From an uncultured Desulfobacteraceae bacterium (GTDB lineage: Bacteria; Desulfobacterota; DSM-4660; Desulfatiglandales; HGW-15): a stretch of DNA of 64,000 bases. Position numbers and translations under genes: made by a program. The notes beneath the pieces are model-generated. The model was not told the DNA's origin. It saw nothing but the letters and a program-made list of their open reading frames with translations, and made no database searches. The stretch spans positions 36,809 to 100,808 of the forward strand of contig CAZFMX010000002.1 of assembly GCA_964520425.1 (NCBI GenBank), read 5' to 3'. This document shows, piece after piece, positions 58,977-64,000 of this stretch. Each line of letters opens with the position of its first letter. Positions within the stretch are counted from its first letter, which is position 1.

Positions 58977-61265
58977 TTAAAGGATGATATCATTTATTCT
59001 CTGACTAAGATCGGGGGAGTAACTGAGGACCTTTCCGTCGACTCCCAAAACAGGCACCACTCCCATGAGGGAGTTTGTAACAAAGACATGGGTAGCTGTA
59101 AAAAGTCCGTCAGGATCTACTCTTTCTTTTTGGACCGAGTAACCCCAATCGAGGAGGAGTTTACATACTTTTTCTTCCATAATCCCCGGCAGGACATGTG
59201 GCGATACGGGCCGAACAACCTTCTTGCCTGTGATCAGCAGAATATTGGCCGTATTGGTCTCAGAAATACTCCCATCGGTATTCATGATCAACGCTTCGTC
59301 AACACCTTGGTTTTTCGCCCATTTTCCGGCCAAATAGTAATACAGGTAGTTGAGGGTCTTGTGATCTGCGAGTGGTGAATAACGGGGGTAGGGATAGGTT
59401 GCGAGCCATAATCCTGGTTTGTTCGTCCCTGACAAGCGGTGGATGTACGGCCTCGCGGTCAAAATGACCTTGTGATCAAATGGAGGCTTTTCCCGCCCCC
59501 CCCACGCGGCAATCACCTTGACCGCCACAGTCTCTTTTTCATACCTGTTTTCATGGATCACCTGATCAATAATTTCTCTCCACGAAAGATCAGGCTCCGG
59601 GCGATCAAAAAGGGCTTGCCATGTACGAGCAAACCGAGCCATATGGGCATCCAGGTGTTTAGCCTCCCCTTGATCGACCCGTATGGTTTCGAAGAATCCA
59701 TACCCGTATTGAAACCCAAGATCAGTTATCTTTATGACGCCCTGATCAAATGGATGGATGGACCCGTTCACCCAAGCCACTTCTCCTGCACGTTCTCTTC
59801 TGCCTTTTTCTCCAAATACACCCATGAGGGTCTTACCCTTTTGCAACGTCTCGTCATACTCATCCGAAGGCTCAGAGTCATAGACAATACCTCCTCCCAC
59901 GGAAAAAAGCATGTTCCCATCACAAATCGTCGCCGTGCGAATAGCAATAGACAGGTCCAAGGTATCATGGAAACTCACATATCCTATTGAACCGGTATAG
60001 ACGTGACGCCTGTGTGGCTCCAGTTCGTCAATAATTTCCATGGCTCTTATCTTGGGACAACCGGTGATCGATCCCCCTGGAAACGTTGCCTTCAGTAGGT
60101 CTACGGAATCGCAAGTGCCGGATAGTGTTCCTTCAACAATCGAGACTAAGTGGTACACATTCTCATATACTTCTACCCTTTTGTGTTGTCTCACCCGGAC
60201 GGAACCTCCCTCGCAAACCCTTCCCAAATCGTTTCGTAAAAGATCAACGATCATGGAAAGCTCTGCATCATCCTTTCTGCTTTCCTCCAATTCAATGGCG
60301 AGGGCCCGGTCTTCGGCTTCTGTCTCTCCTCGGGGCCTGGTTCCTTTGATGGGTCTGGTCTCAACAGACCCTTGCTGCCTCTTCAGAAATCTCTCTGGTG
60401 ATGTCGAGATAATCTGGTGATCATGAGCATGGATGTAAGCAAAAAAAGGAGCCGGATTTGCATCATAAAGGGAAAGGAAGAGGCTGAAAGGATCCCCATC
60501 AAAGTCTGTTTGAAACCGCTGTGACAGATTCACCTGATAGACATGGCCGGAAGTGATATAGGCCCTGATCTTTTCGATCTGAATCATGTAATCAACCCTG
60601 TCAAAATTGGAGCTAAACCCACGCAGACTTCCCTTAAAGGGGCCTCGAATCAAAGGTCTTGTATCAAGGACGGATCGAAACCATTCCAAATCGTCATTCA
60701 GGCTTTCTTGCCCATCACATACACGATTCGAAACAGAAAGCCATGTGTGCCCGCTTCTTTTGTCCTGGGTCACAATGACCGACGGGGCGAAAAGGCAGAT
60801 ATCCGGAAGGCCAAGGTCATCAAACGATGTACGGGGGAGATTCTCCAGGAAATCCTTTAGATCATATGAAAAGTACCCCATAAGGCCGGACCCAATAGGG
60901 ACCGGTAGGCCGGGATCTTCCATGTGGAAGGTTTTGAGTATCATACGAAGCGTGTCAAAAGGATCTGCTTCGAATCGAATAACCTGCTCTCCGATGGTAA
61001 GGACCATCTGACGGCCACGGCCCAAGAAGCCAAACCACGGTTTTGTGCCAAGGATATGATATTGAGCACAATCGAGTTCACCTCCGCTCAGAAGGACGAC
61101 CGTCCCGGGGATTGAAGCAAACCGGCAAGAAAAATCCTGAAAGGGAGCGCCCGGATTAATCTCCTCCAGGTGAATATTCCCGATCTCCCCCGCTATTTTT
61201 CTCAGGTCATACACGGTGCACCCTCTTACTGCAGGAATTGAGATGCCTCCCAGCCATCCTCTCAC
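58977..61265 (-). CDS. pabB: Aminodeoxychorismate synthase component I fused to ADC lyase (PabB-PabC)
   Basis: YQVNLSQR, SPERFL, TRPIKGTRPRG, MIVDLLRNDL, FPGGSITGCPK, GGGIV; then a class IV PLP domain (YGYGFFETI, HKTLNY, ETNTAN, LPGI). GTGA overlap with the pabA stop. Confidence 0.93.
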   Translation of the reverse strand: MRGWLGGISIPAVRGCTVYDLRKIAGEIGNIHLEEINPGAPFQDFSCRFASIPGTVVLLSGGELDCAQYHILGTKPWFGFLGRGRQMVLTIGEQVIRFEADPFDTLRMILKTFHMEDPGLPVPIGSGLMGYFSYDLKDFLENLPRTSFDDLGLPDICLFAPSVIVTQDKRSGHTWLSVSNRVCDGQESLNDDLEWFRSVLDTRPLIRGPFKGSLRGFSSNFDRVDYMIQIEKIRAYITSGHVYQVNLSQRFQTDFDGDPFSLFLSLYDANPAPFFAYIHAHDHQIISTSPERFLKRQQGSVETRPIKGTRPRGETEAEDRALAIELEESRKDDAELSMIVDLLRNDLGRVCEGGSVRVRQHKRVEVYENVYHLVSIVEGTLSGTCDSVDLLKATFPGGSITGCPKIRAMEIIDELEPHRRHVYTGSIGYVSFHDTLDLSIAIRTATICDGNMLFSVGGGIVYDSEPSDEYDETLQKGKTLMGVFGEKGRRERAGEVAWVNGSIHPFDQGVIKITDLGFQYGYGFFETIRVDQGEAKHLDAHMARFARTWQALFDRPEPDLSWREIIDQVIHENRYEKETVAVKVIAAWGGREKPPFDHKVILTARPYIHRLSGTNKPGLWLATYPYPRYSPLADHKTLNYLYYYLAGKWAKNQGVDEALIMNTDGSISETNTANILLITGKKVVRPVSPHVLPGIMEEKVCKLLLDWGYSVQKERVDPDGLFTATHVFVTNSLMGVVPVLGVDGKVLSYSPDLSQRINDIIL

Positions 61266-61939
61266 ACCGATCCCGAGGTATCAATAGAGAGTCTTTGGCA
61301 ATGTGTCCCGTCAGGGTAGGAGTCGATACGATCCTCCGGCAGTGGTTTTACTTTGCAGGAGTTCAGAGATCCCAGCCCAAGAAAATTTTCCACCACCAAA
61401 AAACCGTACTCCGTGAGAAAGCTTTCAGGATGGAACTGGACACCATGAAGAGGAAACGAGGGATGCGATATTCCCATGACCACCCCGTCCTGGCTCCGGG
61501 AGGTAACCAGTAGCTCATTCCCCTTCAACCGAACAACAAGTGAATGGTAGCGGGCCGCAGCAAAAGGAGAAGGAATGCTCTTGAAAAGCCATTGTTGACG
61601 ATGTTCAATGAGACTTGTCTTCCCATGCATGGGAATGGGGGCCCGAACCGTTTTCCCGCCGAAGGCCTCATTCATGCATTGCATTCCCAGGCACACCCCC
61701 AAGATAGGGACTTTGCTGCAAAAGGCCTTAATCAATTGAACAGATATCCCCGCATGGGCCGGGTCTTTAGGTCCCGGACTGATAAGGATGTAATCAGGAT
61801 CATGCTCTTCGACCTCTTCTATTGATATTTTGTCACATCGATGCACCTCAATATCAAGGTCATAGTGCATGAACATCTGGACCAAATTGTAGGTAAAGGA
61901 ATCGTAATTATCGATGACCAGCAGCTTTGCCGATTTCAT
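61262..61939 (-). CDS. pabA: Glutamine amidotransferase PabA/TrpG
   Basis: IDNYDSFTYNL, SPGP, LGVCLGMQ, RYHSL, QFHPES; GAGGTG SD. Confidence 0.93.
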   Translation of the reverse strand: MKSAKLLVIDNYDSFTYNLVQMFMHYDLDIEVHRCDKISIEEVEEHDPDYILISPGPKDPAHAGISVQLIKAFCSKVPILGVCLGMQCMNEAFGGKTVRAPIPMHGKTSLIEHRQQWLFKSIPSPFAAARYHSLVVRLKGNELLVTSRSQDGVVMGISHPSFPLHGVQFHPESFLTEYGFLVVENFLGLGSLNSCKVKPLPEDRIDSYPDGTHCQRLSIDTSGSV

Positions 61940-61948
61940 TTACACCTC

Positions 61949-61981
61949 AAAAAAAGCCACCCGGACACGAGTCTGGGTGGC
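61949..61981 (-). terminator. Intrinsic terminator-like hairpin immediately upstream of the pabA SD
   Basis: Minus strand GCCACCCAGAC-tcgt-GTCCGGGTGGC-TTTTTTT-GAGGTG-taa-ATG. Confidence 0.7.
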
Positions 61982-62012
61982 TTTCGCCTATGGCATAACT
62001 CAGTTAGATGGG

Positions 62013-62041
62013 AAGATATAGGATTTACCCCTATGCGTCAA
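62013..62041 (-). promoter_or_regulatory. Sigma70 promoter of the pab leader
   Basis: Minus strand TTGACG-17 bp-TATCTT. Confidence 0.6.
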
Positions 62042-62090
62042 GGATTTTACTCTAAAAAACAACAGGGAGGTAAAAGAGCCTAGTGCTCTA

Positions 62091-62352
62091 TACCATATAT
62101 TCACGGATCAAGTAGAAGATGAGGCATAGACTATTCCCTCAAGACGATATCTCAGAAAGAAATTCCACAGAATCCCGCCGTGATCTGAACTTTGAGGGAG
62201 TATGCCCCGGGGTGCGCCCCGGGGGGTACTCCTCCAAACCTATCGCAGAATGTATAGCTCGCTTAAAAGGAACAGCCTCTTAAACCCTTAAAGTTCAGAT
62301 CACCTTCACTGGCCCCTATCAATATCGTCTTGAGGGAATAGTCCATGCCTTA
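62091..62352. repeat. Nested-palindrome element, family C, copy 1
   Basis: 31-bp arms 62120-62150/62322-62352 (29 matches), 19-bp arms 62180-62198/62285-62303 (18 matches) and an internal GC hairpin; homologous to 63861-64000. Confidence 0.85.
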
Positions 62353-62658
62353 TTGCACATTAGAATAATCTGGAATTCTGTTAAGAACCTCGAATATCAA
62401 TCCAAGTAACTATAATAGGAGGCACTAGGATTCCCGGAGAACCTCTCGAACGTTCATTCCGCACACATCTCTTGACTTTCTCACCTTTTTTGAAGAGATT
62501 CAATTAAGAATCCCGGGAACTAAAAAATAAGGCTCCTTAAAAGAATTTGTGGATTCATATATGATATGGAAAAACAGAACAAGTTGAAGATTCAAGGATT
62601 TTTGATGATTATGTTGGACCCGTTATTCCAGTCCAGAATTCTAAGTAGATATTTGGGA

Positions 62659-62847
62659 AAGGTGGCGAAATTTTTTCTTCGGTTCCAAGGCTCCCGGACT
62701 GGTCTTTTCTACGACTTATCTGCGAGGGAAACGCCCCCTCCGCTGTCCTCCCGCTCCTTTGATGCGTGAGTCAGGGCTTCCCCCACAGATAAATCGTGAA
62801 AAGACGGCGGCCTCCCACCAGTCACTCCGAAAAGACCTCGCCACCTT
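62659..62847. repeat. Nested-palindrome element, family AB, copy B (189 bp)
   Basis: Outer arms 62659-62677/62829-62847 and inner arms 62702-62722/62786-62805; loops 18/24 and 19/23 identical to copy A. Confidence 0.8.
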
Positions 62848-62948
62848 ACCAGAATTTCCACTTTGTTCTATTATTCCGCTTTACATATAGACCCACAGAT
62901 TCTCGTGAGGGGCCAAAAAATGGAAAGGACCCGGTTTTACCTGAAAAA

Positions 62949-63818
62949 ATGAAGAGATTACTTATTACAGGCGCCAGCGGCTTTTTGGGGTGGAACGTCA
63001 GTCGAATAGCAAAATCAGATTGGACCGTGTTCGGCACCTCCCTCTCCCACCCCTTGTATATCCAAGATGTCACCCTCATAACAGTGGATCTGACTCTATT
63101 CAGAGACCTCAAACAGCTTTTTGATGATGTCAAACCAGATGCTTTAATCCATACGGCTGCTATGGCAGATCCGAACTTCTGCCAACAAAACCGCACTATA
63201 TCCCACAGTATCAACACGAAAGTCCCCATAAACATCGCTGGTCTCTGTTCAGAGCTTAAGATTCCGTGTCTTTTCACGTCTTCAGATCTAGTCTTCGATG
63301 GGTTGACTCCACCCTATTCGGAAGACGATGAACCCTCGCCGACTTCTTTCTATGGGGAGCAGAAGGCCATGGCGGAAACCGGCATGAAGGATCGATATCC
63401 TTCGACGGTAATCTGCCGCATGTCCCTGATGTTTGGCGATCCAGGACCGGTAGCCACAAGTTTTATTCAGCCCATGCTTCATGCCATTCAATCAGGCAAG
63501 ACTATTAACCTCTTTACCGATGAATTCAGGACACCTGTGAGTGGGAGAAATGCGGCAAAGGGGCTTTTGATTGCTTTAAATAAACGGCCTGGAATGATTC
63601 ACCTTGGAGGGCTTGAGAGAATTTCTCGCTATGAATTCGGGAAACTGCTGTGCGAAAGTTTTGGATTGTCAAATGCGCAATTAAACCCTTGCCGACAACA
63701 AGACCTGAAGATGTCCGCACCCAGACCCCCTGATGTCTCCCTTGATATTTCAAAGGCCCGAGCCCTAGGATATAATCCTAAATCGCTCAAAGAAGAGATG
63801 GAAGCACTGAAGGCTTGA
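62949..63818 (+). CDS. RmlD-like (dTDP-4-dehydrorhamnose reductase family) NAD(P)-dependent oxidoreductase
   Basis: ITGASGFLG, IHTAA, SSDLVFDG, YGEQK, FTDEFRTP, RPPDVSLD; real start at ATG 62949. Confidence 0.88.
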   Translation: MKRLLITGASGFLGWNVSRIAKSDWTVFGTSLSHPLYIQDVTLITVDLTLFRDLKQLFDDVKPDALIHTAAMADPNFCQQNRTISHSINTKVPINIAGLCSELKIPCLFTSSDLVFDGLTPPYSEDDEPSPTSFYGEQKAMAETGMKDRYPSTVICRMSLMFGDPGPVATSFIQPMLHAIQSGKTINLFTDEFRTPVSGRNAAKGLLIALNKRPGMIHLGGLERISRYEFGKLLCESFGLSNAQLNPCRQQDLKMSAPRPPDVSLDISKARALGYNPKSLKEEMEALKA

Positions 63819-63860
63819 GTCTCAGGGCGAACGGAGGATTTACTTAATAAAATTGTCGTT

Positions 63861-64000
63861 TATCATATATTCGCGGAGCAAGTAAGAAATGAGACATGGG
63901 CTGTTCCCTGAAAACGATATCTCAGAAAGAAATTCCACTGAATCTCGCAATGGTCTGAACTTTGAGGGTTTACGCCTCCGAACCTATCGCAAAATGTATA
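63861..64000. repeat. Family C element, copy 2 (runs off window end)
   Basis: Aligns with 62091-62255, e.g. ACGATATCTCAGAAAGAAATTCCAC and TCTGAACTTTGAGGG are identical. Confidence 0.85.

Noticed and set aside
62566-62948. 67-aa ORF and the 51-codon N-terminal extension of the RmlD-like ORF
   Set aside because: Both run through the family AB palindrome; the Rossmann motif begins right after ATG 62949.

Overview
Bacterial chromosomal window, probably from a Desulfobacterota (deltaproteobacterial) genome; this is inferred from gene content (CarD/CdnL, DUF1844, many sigma54/REC proteins), not from a database match. Layout from left to right: (1) 1-8057, a minus-strand signalling island (hybrid PAS/GAF kinase, sigma54 activator, REC-HD-GYP, GAF-adenylate cyclase, REC); (2) 8723-11041, a cysteine synthase-cysteinyl-tRNA synthetase fusion with a degenerate KMSKS motif; (3) epimerases, groES-groEL, a radical SAM gene and a K+-dependent membrane pyrophosphatase; (4) 20951-30520, a chemosensory operon (MCP, HTH-REC, Hpt, CheA, W, B, R, Y); (5) a decayed metal permease; (6) 32330-46682, a housekeeping run (fadL-like, serA, DUF1844, htrA, ispE, tRNA-Gln, prs, rplY, pth, carD, rluD, rho, rpmE, prfA, prmC); (7) mce, fdhD-mobA, a CNNM gene and an orphan nucleotidyltransferase-like gene; (8) 52057-58553, a PilZ gene, two paralogous membrane-anchored SPOR proteins (one with a 207-bp tandem repeat) and Arg-rich DRR-repeat proteins behind a consensus sigma54 promoter; (9) pabA plus a pabB-pabC fusion with a terminator directly in front of pabA; (10) an RmlD-like gene flanked by repeated nested-palindrome elements. 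No CRISPR array, rRNA, transposase or integrase is visible. The most unusual signals are the CysM-CysRS fusion, a two-copy ~190-bp element whose stems covary while its loops are conserved, the SPOR/PilZ/DRR module and the pab leader.
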